A stretch of 63,806 nucleotides of DNA, counting the filler, from Pelomyxa schiedti (Eukaryota; Protista; Evosea): NCBI GenBank assembly GCA_020536535.1. It is 15 parts of 15 records of this genome, joined end to end, with 100 filler letters (N's around TTAATTAATTAA, not from the genome) between each part and the next. Parts side by side here need not be neighbours in the genome. Positions count along the whole stretch, not along the records: positions 35,500 to 36,553 come from JAHLWZ010002922.1; positions 36,654 to 38,613 come from JAHLWZ010002195.1; positions 38,714 to 45,043 come from JAHLWZ010000767.1; positions 45,144 to 46,815 come from JAHLWZ010002348.1; positions 46,916 to 50,334 come from JAHLWZ010000707.1; 10 more parts are not named here. One strand, given 5' to 3'. Each line of letters opens with the position of its first letter. The first letter of the stretch is position 1. A model generated the notes under the pieces. That model saw nothing but the letters and a program-made list of their open reading frames with translations, ran no database searches and had not been told where the DNA came from. This document shows, piece after piece, positions 35,929-48,195 of this stretch. Position numbers and translations under genes: made by a program.

Positions 35929-36553
35929 ATGGCATCATCCCGCGAAGACGCAGCGGCCCCACCACACACACAACGACAACACAAGAGGGAGCCGCCACCA
36001 CTGCACCAAAGGAGACCGTCCACCCTGTTCCAACCCAACAGCGACCGACACCAACACCACCAGCACCAACAACACCAACAACATCGACGGCAGTTTGGTA
36101 GGTTGGTGACCGTCGCCCCAATGTCCGTGCGAACCGCCCGCCACACGACCACCACAACAAAAACAACGCGGGCACGACTCCGCGGCACGACCTCGACCAT
36201 AACAACAGAGACCACAACAACAACAACAGCAAAGTCGACCGCCACAACGAGGAAAGCCACCGCGAGGGACCAGGTCGCCGCCCTGTGCGCGGGGCTGCAC
36301 CCCCGCTGCGGCGCCGCGTGCCCGCTGACGGGGGTAGTGGCAGCAGCAGCACCAGCAGCAGCAGCCGTTGGTGCCACGCTGGTTGTGAGGCTGGTGTGGG
36401 AGTGGATTGGTACCGCCAACTCGAGGTTCTATTGTGTCATCTGGGATAGCGACCAAGCTGCGTCACCATCACCCTACGTTCCCCGGCTGATGGTCACGTT
36501 TGGCGTGTCGACGGCGCTGATGACTCTGACACACGACGTGAGGTGGTGGGCAA
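35929..36553 (+). CDS. Member of an expanded family with ARxQ..HPRCG...LVWEW motif, N-terminal part
   Basis: Q/H/T-rich N-terminus, then ARDQVAALCAGLHPRCGAACPL...VVRLVWEWI. Cut by scaffold end. Confidence 0.6.
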
Positions 36554-36769
36554 NNNNNNNNNNNNNNNNNNNNNNNNNNNNNNNNNNNNNNNNNNNNTTA
36601 ATTAATTAANNNNNNNNNNNNNNNNNNNNNNNNNNNNNNNNNNNNNNNNNNNNAAACACCTCAACACAAACACACCCAAATGTATCCATCCATTCCAAGA
36701 TGAATAAAATACTTTGTGCCTCTTTGTTCTCTTTTGGTGCAGTTTCCTTCCTTCCCACCCCACTGAAGG

Positions 36770-37343
36770 AAACAGAATTGAGAGAAGAAAGGCAGGTGAT
36801 ATCATAGACAAGCAGAGTGACTACAGATCTGCCACCCAACTGAGAGGCATTGAGGAAAGGGAAAACAAAAAAAAAAAGGAGAAACACCACTGACTGGTAT
36901 TGACCTCTTCCACTTGTGTCTGTTTTGTTTTTAAAAAGGAATAACTGTGGAATGGCATACCCCAAATGTGCAGTGTGACACTGCTGCCCCTGACAGGTGC
37001 GTTTGCACTCAACAAGCCCACACCAATCGTGGACTCTTGGAATTCGAAGAAGTTCTTCCCAATGAATCTTTGGGAAGTCCTTGCCAACGAGCCTTTGTGC
37101 AATGCATGTTTTTCCAGTTCCACTGGCACCAATCACACACACGTTGATTCCATGCTGTGCTGCGATCCCATCACAATCAACAGACTGGTGGCAGCGATCT
37201 GGATCTGGATCTGGTGGTGGTGATGCGACGGGCTCACAAACAACAACCACGGTCACGTCGGGGATGGTGGAACTTGCACCAAGGATGACCGTTGCGGAGG
37301 CCGCTTCGTCGGCAAACTCCAACGATCGCAACGTCGCGTTCAC
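36770..37343 (-). pseudogene. Divergent Rab5-like small GTPase with internal frameshift
   Basis: VCVIGASGTGKTCIAQRLVG in one frame and FFEFQESTIG...VTLHIW|DTSG...|LVYDIT in another. The frames switch at a short internal duplication (~37065-37095). Confidence 0.6.
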
Positions 37344-37459
37344 CGGGACTGTTCAGATCAGAATGATGCTCAGTTCTGAAAGTATTATTCCCTGTTAGTT
37401 GAGCATTATTGCAATTAATTAATACGGCCGATTAATTGGTGATGATCATGATTATTTTT

Positions 37460-38235
37460 TGGTTGTAGAACCACCCATCATCAAGACCGGCGTTGTTCCG
37501 CGTCTCATTCAGTTTTTATCTCTGGTGTGTATGTACGTTTGTAAAATGCATGTACTTACTATTCAGTCAGATGATCCGAATTTTCAATGTGAAGCGCTTA
37601 CACACACAGGCAGCACGGGCACTGGGAAACATCTGTGGGGACGGTATTGCACGGAGGGATTACGTGATGCAATTGGGTTTTTTCCGGGCATTGCTCAAAG
37701 CACCAGATTACCCAATCAAATGACATTCCTGAGGAATGCAGTATGCACCATACCCTCCACCAAATGACTTCCTTTTACTTTCTTCCGCTCCAGACATGGG
37801 CTCTTTCCAATGGTTGCTGAGACCAACACCTGATGTTTCCTATTTCCAACCAAGTGCTCCTTCTTTGTTCACTTTCTTTTTTTAAGGAGGCTCATAGGTC
37901 CTGGTGAATCAGTTTCTTTTATGCCCACACTTGTAGCCCTCCTCCAATGCAACGATGTGGATGTGATTACAGATGTTATCTGGTAAAAGACAACACCCTA
38001 AAAAAAATAATTCCCTTCTTGCAATGTGACCAAATGGATTCTGCCAGGGCCTTGTCTTATCTGACTGATTCTCTGCCCCGTGTCAAGTTGATCATATCCA
38101 CTGGGGACAATTATACCCACACTTGTCCAGCTTCTTTCTGTATGCAATTATCAACTCATCCTTATCACCTTGAACTTAAGTAATCACAACCTACAAATTC
38201 CTGCTCTGCGAGCATTGGGAGATGTTGCCACCCAA
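37460..38235 (+). pseudogene. Importin-alpha (ARM repeat) pseudogene
   Basis: TGVVPRLIQFL, ARALGNICGDGIARRDYV, TFLRNAV|WALSN and ALSYLTD are importin-alpha hallmarks, but spread over shifting frames with stops. Confidence 0.7.
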
Positions 38236-38713
38236 AGGTTTGCATCACTCCAACATGAACTCGCAGTAAATCACCCTCACATCCACCACCACTACCCACC
38301 AACATCGCTGTTTTTTAAATTTAATTACAAGAATGAACGTAAAGACTGACGACAACGACAAAACGAGGGTGGTGCGGTGTGGCAGAGTTGCGGTTATGGG
38401 ACAACGTGGTGTGGGAAAGACATCCCTCCTTGAAATGTACTTTCTCCCTATTTGTATTTCGTTTTCGTTTTTTCCCTCTTGAAACACAACATCAGGGACA
38501 GCTTTAATAAATATTAGGTTCGTCCATCGAACCTGGCACCCAGAGGCATACAGTGCAGACGAAGTTTATGTGTGTACATGCCATTTTCCAACTGAACGAA
38601 CAAACACAACAAANNNNNNNNNNNNNNNNNNNNNNNNNNNNNNNNNNNNNNNNNNNNTTAATTAATTAANNNNNNNNNNNNNNNNNNNNNNNNNNNNNNN
38701 NNNNNNNNNNNNN

Positions 38714-39093
38714 TCGAAGCTCGTGAACTGGCGCCACACACTCTCGTCCCTGGCCATCAGATCCGCCCTCACGGCGCACCGCTCCGAGGCCAGCGCGGTC
38801 GGCGGTGGCGGTGGCGGAGGTGTTGGTGCCATTGGTGCCATTGCCGGCGCCACAGCTGTTGGTGATGATGAGGTTTTTGCTGTGCTGCTCTTAGTGGATG
38901 ATGTTATTGTCGTTGATGGACGTGGTGGTGGTGGTGGGGGTCGTGTGAGGTCGAGGGTGAGGAAAGGCAGAGGAGTTGAAGTCGTTATCCGCGTTGGCAT
39001 TGTGGCTGTTGTGTTGTAACGTTGTTGTTGTAGTCTTTGCCTTTGGTTCTTTTTTCCCTTCTTTTTTCTGTTGTCGTTGTTACGGTCCGCCAT
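38714..39093 (-). CDS. 5' part of a hypothetical K/Q/P/T-rich protein (MADRNNDNRKKK...); second copy at 40330-40886
   Basis: Near-identical sequence at 38714-39120 and 40529-40925, differing by short indels. Confidence 0.45.
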
Positions 39094-39259
39094 TGTGCGT
39101 ATTACAATAATAATTGTAATTGTTTTTGATGATCATTTTACGAGAATCAACAACCTGCAATGGGCTGTTGCAGTACCAATAATGTTAGAATACACTACAC
39201 AGTAAAGCCTCTCACTCATCTGTGACAATGACAACGCATCATCCTTGGTGTTTGGACTG

Positions 39260-39500
39260 GAGCAATTGTTCTCAGTGAATTGCTGGACAATGAAGAGGAT
39301 AATGAAGGCTTGCCCATTTGATTCTGTGTGAGGTTGCCCCTGTCGACTCCCAACAAATGGGGGTGAACATGTACTTATCTTTACATCGTGGTAACCACTT
39401 GGATCCCTTCCGCTGTTCCTGCTTAACGGCATTTTCTAGGGATTTTTTGGCTGGGGAGATGTTGGGGCACCCAATTGAGATGTCAAGTATGTGAGGAGGA
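39260..39500 (-). mobile_element. Restriction-like endonuclease (RLE) fragment of a non-LTR retrotransposon
   Basis: HILDISIGCP...EQRKGSKW...MFTPICWESTG matches the R2-type RLE pattern D.....P...E..K..KY...F.P..VES.G. Confidence 0.6.
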
Positions 39501-39983
39501 GCACCACACTTTCGTTCTGTACCATGGGTCATCATCGAAACCCCAACAGTGATGAATTCCTTCGCATCACGCAACGATGAACGCTCTTGACATGCCAACG
39601 TTGAAACAAGAGCCTCACCGGTGCCTCCTCACACGTCACCCACTCCCACACCAGCCTCACAGCCAATCGTTGGCTCTGCACCCTTTTGTTTGTTTGGTGA
39701 TTCGAAGAAGAGGTTGTTGGGTTCTGGAACTGATGATGAAACCAACCTCAACAAATCACTGGAGTGGTGGACTGTTCTGTTGGATGACTCTCACGGTTTT
39801 GTTCTGTGCGCATGGTTGTTTCCTGGAGTGGAAGATCTGGTTGATTGCATCAAATTGTGATTTTTGCCGAAAGACGATGAGGAGGCACTCAGTCCTGCGA
39901 GGAATTTATTCTGTTTACGGCCCGTGAGAACCCTTCACGAACAGTCAACAGTCACACTGAAGAAACTGAAAAAAAAATTTCCG

Positions 39984-40229
39984 ATGGGACACACCAAACA
40001 GCAGCCGACACGCGACGGGACTGATCCGCTGGGGTGGTGGTGCTTTGCACTGTGGTGTTGCTGCGTGGGCGCCATTGTGGGTGCTGTTTCTGGTTGTAGA
40101 GGTGGTGATGGTGTGATGGCGGCCGATGACTCGTCGGCACTGCAACTGGAGGCTGATTGCCTGTGCGAGTTCAAGAACATGGGTGTGATGTCGTGGAACA
40201 CAAGTGACCCCTGCACATTTTCGACTCCG
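39984..40229 (+). CDS. Partial duplicate of the LRR surface-protein 5' end
   Basis: Near-identical to 42641-42886; ends at an N gap. Confidence 0.65.
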
Positions 40230-41145
40230 NNNNNNNNNNNNNNNNNNNNNNNNNNNNNNNNNNNNNNNNNNNNNNNNNNNNNNNNNNNNNNNNNNNNNNN
40301 NNNNNNNNNNNNNNNNNNNNNNNNNNNNNGAAATTGTGGGGTGTGGGGTGCTGTGGGAGATGGTGAGGGCCGTGGGTGTTTGGCTGAGGCCATGGCCTGC
40401 GTTGTTGGGTGTGTTCGACCAGGCCGGCTGGAGGGTTTTCGACTGTGATGACGACATCGACGCCTTCCACTGCGTGACCGTCGGCTGGGGCGCCGCGGCG
40501 GTGGCTGGGCCCAGGTGCTCCAGGATCTGCTCGAAGCTCGTGAACTGGCGCCACACACTCTCGTCCCTGGCCATCAGATCCGCCCTCACGGCGCACCGCT
40601 CCGAGGCCAGCGCGGTCGGCGGTGGCGGTGGCGGAGGTGTTGGTGCCATTGCCGGCGCCACAGCTGTTGGTGATGATGAGGTTTTTGCTGTGCTGCTCTT
40701 AGTTGATGATGTTATTGTCGTTGATGGACGTGGTGGTGGTGGTGGGGGTCGTGTGAGGTCGAGGGTGAGGAAAGGCAGAGGAGTTATTCGCGTTGGCATT
40801 GTGGCTGTTGTGTTACGTTGTTGTAGTCTTTGCCTTTGGTTCTTTTTTCCCTTCTTTTTTCTGTTGTCGTTGTTACGGTCCGCCATTGTGCGTATTACTT
40901 GTAATTGTTTTTGATGATCATTTTACGAGAATCCTCAGGATCGGCAGTTTGCTGTTGTTGTTGTTGAACAGGCACCTCATGTATCCCTGGTGCCATCAAA
41001 CACACTCTGCTTTTTATTGTGTCAACAACCTGCAGTGCACCGAATGGGCTGTTGCAGTCCCAATCATGTTAGAATACACTCACAGTAAAGCCATTCAGAG
41101 CCTCGCGAGCAAGGCCGAGTTCGTGTACTTTGTGGAAGTACACAG

Positions 41146-41530
41146 TGAACATGTACTTATCTTTACATCGTGGTAACCACTTGGATCTCTTCCGCTGTTC
41201 CTGCGTAGCGGCATTGTCTATGGATTTGTTGGCTGGGGAGATGTTGGGGCACACAATTGAGATGTCAAGTATGTGAGGAGGAGGGCCGTCCTCTAGGAGC
41301 AGGTCGATTCTTCTGTCTGTCTCATTGGACACCTCTTTTTGTACTGTGGTTCTCAGTGTTTCTTCAGCACGAAAGTTTTCACAACCAAAGTTTGTTGGAG
41401 CCAAAGTTTTCAACCGGTAGTTGGGGGTGATCTTGGTCCATCTTGATGCCATGTGTGCTTTGTTGCTTTGTACAATGGATTTCTCCACGACGGAGGCATT
41501 GATCATCCAGTTGCTGGGTCTCCTCAACAC
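41146..41530 (-). mobile_element. RLE endonuclease fragment of a non-LTR retrotransposon (longer copy)
   Basis: VQKEVSNETDRRIDLLLEDGPPPHILDISIVCP...EQRKRSKW...MFT, a PD-(D/E)xK-type RLE signature. Confidence 0.68.
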
Positions 41531-42049
41531 TATTTTATCTGGTCAATGAAGAGGGCTGAGTATTTAACACAGGGGGTAGGTGGCTTGTTTCATGCCAGAG
41601 CTTTGGATGCATATTTTGTGTAGCACTTCAAAGTCAGGGAGGCCTCGCCGCGACGGGGCTGGTGAGGCACGAGGTGAGGCACGGCGTGGCGATGGACGGC
41701 GGCACGCCCGCGGGGCAGCTCGTGCACGTGAACGGGAGGTGGCTGGTCAGCGACGTGGGCACCGGGTGGGCAGGCAGAAGGGACCTGGTGGTGTGGAAGC
41801 TCGGCGAGTTGTCAACCTGGTCCCACTGTGGTCTTCTTCAGACATATCACTCTCCATCAGTCTGCCCACTGAACAAGGAGTGCCAAGTCAGATCCCACAG
41901 GTTTTTTTCCTGTTGTTGATTGAATTCATCCCATGCATAATCCCCCGTTGCCATTAAGGCTACCAGGGACAAAAAGTGTACTTGTTCGTTGTTATTATTA
42001 AATGTTTATACACACCCTCCAGACACGTAGTTATTTTTTTTTAAAAACC

Positions 42050-42340
42050 ATAACTGACCAACCAGGTGTGATTCACAGAGGACAAAGTCACCTTGGCATC
42101 CCACAGTGACTCCCAGTTGGCGTACTCAACCACCCCACCACTTCGATTGGTTGTTGATAGCAAGCACCACACTATCGTTCTGAACCCTCCATGGGTCATC
42201 ATCGAAACCCCAAAAGTGATGAATTCCTTAGCATCACGCAACGATGAACGCTCTTGACATGCCACGTTGACACAAAAGAGCCTCACGGGGGCCTCCTCAC
42301 ACGTCACCCACTCCCACACCAGCCTCACAGCCAATCGTGG
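42050..42340 (-). pseudogene. Fragment of the HPRCG/LVWEW family (another fragment at ~39520-39680)
   Basis: RLAVRLVWEWVTCEEAPVRLFCV...ITFGVSMMTH parallels VRLVWEWI...VTFGVSTALMTLTH of gene 35929. Confidence 0.55.
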
Positions 42341-42640
42341 TTTGTTTGGTGATTCGAAGAACTGGTTGTTGGGTTCTGGAACTGATGATGATGAAACCAA
42401 CCTCAACAAATCACTGGAGCGGTGGACTGTTCTGTTGGATGAATCTCATGGTTTTGTTCTATGCGCATGGTTGTTTACTGGAGTGGAAGATCTGGTTGAT
42501 GACATCAAATTGTGATTTTTGCCGAAAGACGATGAGGAGGCACTCGCACCCCTGCGCGTAATTTTTTCTGTTTACGGCACGTGAGAACCCTTCACGAACA
42601 GTCAACAGTCACACTGAAGAAACTGAAGAAAAAAATTCCG

Positions 42641-44898
42641 ATGGGACACACCAAACAGCAGCCGACACGCGACGGGACGGATCCGCTGGGGTGGTGGTGC
42701 TTCGCACTGTGGTGTTGCTGCGTGGGCGCCATTGTGGGTGCTGTTTCTGGTTGTAGAGGTGGTGTTGGTGTGATGGCGGCCGATGACTCGTCGGCACTGC
42801 AACTGGAGGCTGATTGCCTGTGCGAGTTCAAGAACATGGGTGTGATGTCGTGGAACACAAGTGACCCCTGCACATTTTCGACTCCGTGTGAGGTGGCACT
42901 CTCGGGAGTTTATTGTTGGGCCGACGGCCACCTGCGAGATTTGTTCGCGATTACCTTTTTTTGACATCGAATTGATTCCACACAAAAAAGGAACCTCAAT
43001 GCAGAACTCGAAATGCAGGGATCTTTTCCATCGTGCATATCAGCTTTTGGGAAGATAGCTAGCTTGTATGTTTGTTGCTGCCGTTAGTGGAAAAGAAACT
43101 CACTCTCATCTCTGTATTCAGGCTTATTCAACTCTCTGAAATTTCTGGAACACTGCCCCCTGCATTCTATAATCTCACAACTCTGACGACCCTGTACTAT
43201 ACTCCTTTTTCTTTTTTTTTTTGTTTCTAAGCTTTTTCTCCAGTGCCTTGAGCTACAACTTAATGGAAGGGACAATTGCCCCACAACTGTCACAATTTGT
43301 GAACTTGGAAAGCCTGTACCTCCTAAAACACTCGATTTCCTTACACATAACTCTGTAGTTCTCTCCTGGGTGTTCTCTTCCAAGGTCCCATTCTTGATTA
43401 CCTTGTGGATATTTCTACACTTCGCCTAATGTGCGTACATTGGCCCGCCAGAAATGCGGCTCACAATAGACACTAGTGTTTTGAGCCAAAACCGATTTAC
43501 TGGAACCATACCATCAGATATTTCAAGAATGGAGAATCTCGGACATTTGTTTGCATCTCATTCTATTGGGAATTTCTCTTAATTTTCATTCCATCAATCT
43601 TAAGAGAAATCGAGTCGAATTATTTTACTGGTGACATTCCGACTTCTTTTTGTTCACTGCAGGCACTGCGAATACTGTATTTTTTTTCTTCTCACACCTT
43701 CATCAAGTTAAGAGTTGTTTTTAGGCTTTTAGAAGACACCCCTGTGACAGGACAAATCCCCGCGTGCTTGGCAACCTTACCACACTTGAGTGTACTGTGA
43801 GCATATTTTATTTCCGTATCTATATGACACTTAACTCTGCCCCAAAGAAATCTTGAAGGCACATATGTGTATGGTGATACAAGCGCCTTTGCTAATATTT
43901 CCACCTGGTAGCCTTTTCTTCAATCTGCTTTTCATGTTCCCAACACCAAACAAAACACAGTGGCTTTAGCGATTCTTGTGTGGATTGCAGTGCAGCCCCT
44001 CCCAATTGTCTGTGTGAAGATGTTTTTCCAAAACCCCCAGCAGTATGTTCTTGTGTGAGCGCCGGATCATGTTACATAGACACTGTATGCTATGGGCCCG
44101 GCATTCCCCCGCCTTCTCTCGATTGCACAAGAGGATGCCTCCCCAGTTCTGATGCATTACTTTGGTCTGACATATGTGATAGTGTGGTGCCAGGTCTCTA
44201 AACTCCTCATTCAGTCTCCCCCAAATAATAACTAAGAGCCAACTGACAGATGAACAACCGAAAGTTACTTTTGGGCTTCAACTTTCCTATCCCGGTGAGT
44301 AGTTATTTTTTCCCTAATAAATACAACATTGTGCACATTCTCACACAAACAAATTCATATTTCATACCGGCATTACTGTCCAGAGTGCAAAAAAACTCTG
44401 CCGTCTACATTTGGAGCTCAGTTTTCCCAGGATATTGCAATTTCTTTAGCAGTTAGCTCAGACAGTGTTTATGTGAACTCAATCACACTTTGGTTGGATT
44501 CTTCATGCAACGACGTTGTGGTGGACAAGGACATAACTGTGATACTGACTGAAGTGCAAGTGAATTACACTGTTCTCTGCCAGGGGGATTACTCCACAGA
44601 GGAAATCATACTCTCAATGGAGAACCTGGTTGCAGATGAAAACAGTGTTCTTTACCAAGGAAATGTATGCTTATACATGCACTCTATTGGAAGTAATCAT
44701 GCATACCCACAATTAATATAGGTCACACAAAATGTGGATTCTGATTCTTTGGTGATTGTGGATGTTGTGGAACCCTTGTCTTCCTCAGAATCAAGCAGCA
44801 CTACCACTACTACAAGCTCCACAGCCCATTCATCAACACCAAACTTCATGTGTTCACTCCTGTTGTCTCTTTTGTTTTTGTATTGTTTCATTTGGTAA
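42641..44898 (+). CDS. Leucine-rich-repeat surface protein with Cys-rich region and probable GPI signal, multi-exon
   Basis: Hydrophobic N-terminus; LRR N-cap (SWNTSDPC...GVYC.ADGH); extracytoplasmic-type LRRs (LSYNLMEGTIAPQLSQFVNLESL, LSQNRFTGTIPSDISRMENL, ESNYFTGDIPTSF); Cys-rich block 43980-44200; ends S/T-rich plus FMCSLLLSLLFLYCFIW-stop. Confidence 0.78.
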
Positions 44899-47800
44899 AA
44901 TCAACACACAAAGTCTTTCAACCTCCAATGATAGTGTGGGTTCTCCTCTGAGGACTTCCCCTACAACTGAACTCACCAAACCGCTTCGCTTCAGTTTTTT
45001 TCGGCATTGATGTGCCTTGGTGCGAGCAGCTTATACACTTAAANNNNNNNNNNNNNNNNNNNNNNNNNNNNNNNNNNNNNNNNNNNNTTAATTAATTAAN
45101 NNNNNNNNNNNNNNNNNNNNNNNNNNNNNNNNNNNNNNNNNNNGTTTATTAAGTTAAGGTGTGGGTTAAGGAGGAAGAGGGAAATGCAGTACCGGCCTAT
45201 GTTGTCCTATGGCTCAGCCAAGTCCTCTTCCTGCGTCAACCGAGAGGAGCTGGAACCTGTTTCCAAGTCAAGACGATAAAAAGGAAGCGAGGGAGTTTAC
45301 CTGGCACCTTCCTCCAGACTCCATCAGGGCTAAAGCAGGGGCAAGGAGTGCAACCAAGACAGCCACCTGTGCTAAAGACAGACTGCAAAAAAGAGAAGAA
45401 ATTGGAGTAAGGGGATACCGAAAGGTCAGCAGGCACTGTTCCAGGCGGCTGTGTTACTAGAGGGGAGATGAGTGGGAGGCAAGGTTTGAAAAAGGTATCA
45501 CGGCTGCCCACCGGTAAGAAGTGAATCCCTCCCAATCTGCTATCCCCCATCCCTGTTCCGGTCAGTCGGCATCGTCGCTGTGCCCCATCCCCCCATCCAA
45601 TCACCACCACGACGTGTTGTCGCCCGCCACGCTCCCACTGCGGACGCCGACGGCCCCCAACAGCGCCCACCCCGCCCCCCCCGACCGCCATCGTTTGGTT
45701 TGGTTGCCATAGACGTGTTGTCGCCCGCCACGCTCCCACTGCGGACGCCGACGGCCCCCAACGGCAAGAGGCAACCGCCACTTTGTTGTCCAGTCCAGTG
45801 CGGAACATTCTTGTTTTGGTCGGCGACTAAAAGCGGAAAGTCTGGTCCTGGTGGGCGACATGACCGCGAGGTTCGGGAGAAGGTGAAGAAGAACAGAAGC
45901 ATCAGCCTGAGTAAAATACCTTCTCTTTGCAGAAGTGCTTTGAATCTTATTGACCATATCTGGTTCATAAAGGGCGAAAATTTTTCCTCAGGAAAAGCCT
46001 CTTTGTTTTAAAAAACTTCCACCCACGGCAAAATGATCGTTTTCGGCTGTATTGTATTGTGTTTGGACTTTGCCCAGGGTGAAAACAACAAGTGCCTCAA
46101 ACAACATTGTTGTCTCAGGATGCACAGTGTATTTGAGGTTGATGGGTGTTTTGCCCCACTCAGATACATTACATTGTAAGGTGGACATACCGCAGACGAA
46201 ATGGTATCTCGGCTGTGGGGTGGGGCTGGTGGTGCGGCGAGACGCGTCGGGGCAGTGGATGACCGATGGGTCTCCATCCACAAGGTGGTATGGTGGCGTG
46301 TGGGAGGGGGGTACAGAGTGGTGTGGTGCGTGGTGCGTGGGGTGCAGGGTGCAGGGCGGCTTAAAAACATAAAAAAACATCGTACGGGTACGAAGCTGTC
46401 GAAGTCCAACACCTGCAACACCGAAGGGGTGAAGGCGACACTGATCGCTGTTGGGTTGTGGAGGGGCAACATGGTTTTGGGTGTTGGGCTGTTGGGGAAT
46501 TTTGGCAGTGGACTGAGGGTCCGCTTGTCAACAACAAATGTTGACACCAGTGGCTAAAGGTTGTGTCTATGTACATTTTTGTTCCTCAACTCAGTGTGTA
46601 GAAAGGCGCTTATAACAAAATAGCCCGTAAGCATCCTCATCACCACCACTGTCAGTTTGTGGCATTACTCAGGTATGCATCCCTATTTTGTTTCCGTTTT
46701 CCGTCAGGGAAGAAAGTACTGACATACCCTTCCTCAGATTCGTACTTCATTCTCATGTGTGGACAGGGGTGTCAAGCCAAATGTTGAACTTGCGTGTAGT
46801 ACACTGTGTAACGGANNNNNNNNNNNNNNNNNNNNNNNNNNNNNNNNNNNNNNNNNNNNTTAATTAATTAANNNNNNNNNNNNNNNNNNNNNNNNNNNNN
46901 NNNNNNNNNNNNNNNTATCAGGGGTAAACTCGATGTGGAAAACGAATTCATGCAGAAATAACTCGAGTTATCAGGGGAAAACTCGATTTATTGGGTCTCC
47001 ACCGAAGTCGTACCCCAAAAACTAGACTTTGTTCCATTAGATCCTTTGTGATCACAAAAATTTTCTTTCGTTCGCAGACGTGCATCAGTTCTAATAATCT
47101 GAAATCTCTTGCGACTTTGAGGAATGCAGAGATACCGGCATAGTGACGAGAGAATCCGGCATGGTGGAATAGTGATTACAAGAGTGATAATGTGGAATCG
47201 TGTTCTCAACTGGCATTTTCGAGGAGATTACTGGCATTGAAGCGTACATTTCCGGCACTGGCAGCATGCATCCTGCAACATGATTAGTACGGAAATGATG
47301 GGAATCATGCATACAATATCCGGCAAGTGTTCTTATAAACGCGGGAATGCTAGATATGCAGAATTGAAGCTTCGGAAATCATCCAAAGCTACACAGTATT
47401 AGTACAACTCTATTTATTCATTTCGTTTGCATTTATTGTTTATTGGCTTGTATTTGCGTTATATTAAACAGTTAATGCTACTTGGATAGCAAATTTCACT
47501 TCATGATACAGAAATTTTCGAAATAGTCATGGTGAACATTCTTTGAAGTGAGGAATATGTACCTAATGTTTTGGTTGCACTCTGTCTGTGCACACTGATC
47601 ATCTACAAAGATTACTTCGTAACCTCACCACTGTGTCGACCTTAGGGAAGGGTGCCCTCAGGAACACAGTAGTGAGGTGTGCCTTCATGGAAGCTCCCTC
47701 ACATCTCGTGATGTCATTGCTATCATGGCCAGGACTTATATGTTAGACCTCATGGTTAGTTGGCCTACAGGACGTGGTAATGGGAAAAAACGTGCGCACT

Positions 47801-48195
47801 TTGTTCCCCTGTAGGATTACCCAGGGTGATCCAACATGGAAATCGCTGCACAGCAGCATTGGAATTGCTGAAATAAATGGACATTTTCGCAGCAGGCCTG
47901 GGAGAGCCAAATTAGTTATTTGTTTTGGAGTGTAGGAAGGAACCTTTTGCTGCATTTCAGCCCTGCAAGGCAATTTTGGCAGCAATTCAGTCAAGTCCAC
48001 ATCGACATTCCAGACTCACCATCCACTTTGTCATTGCAATGACAACAACTCCATTCAACACCGAACATGGATACGACGCACAGCAAACGGAACACCGTAG
48101 TAGCACCACTTTTCGCTTTTTCTGAAGAACTGATCTCTGATCTCAAGAAGGAGGAGAGTGTCTGCTGAATGGAATTTGTTTTTTGTGGCAGTGGT

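Noticed and set aside
45144-46560. Possible TE or gene fragments with a ~49-bp direct duplication (~45611 and ~45712)
   Set aside because: No diagnostic motif could be assigned, so it was left unannotated.
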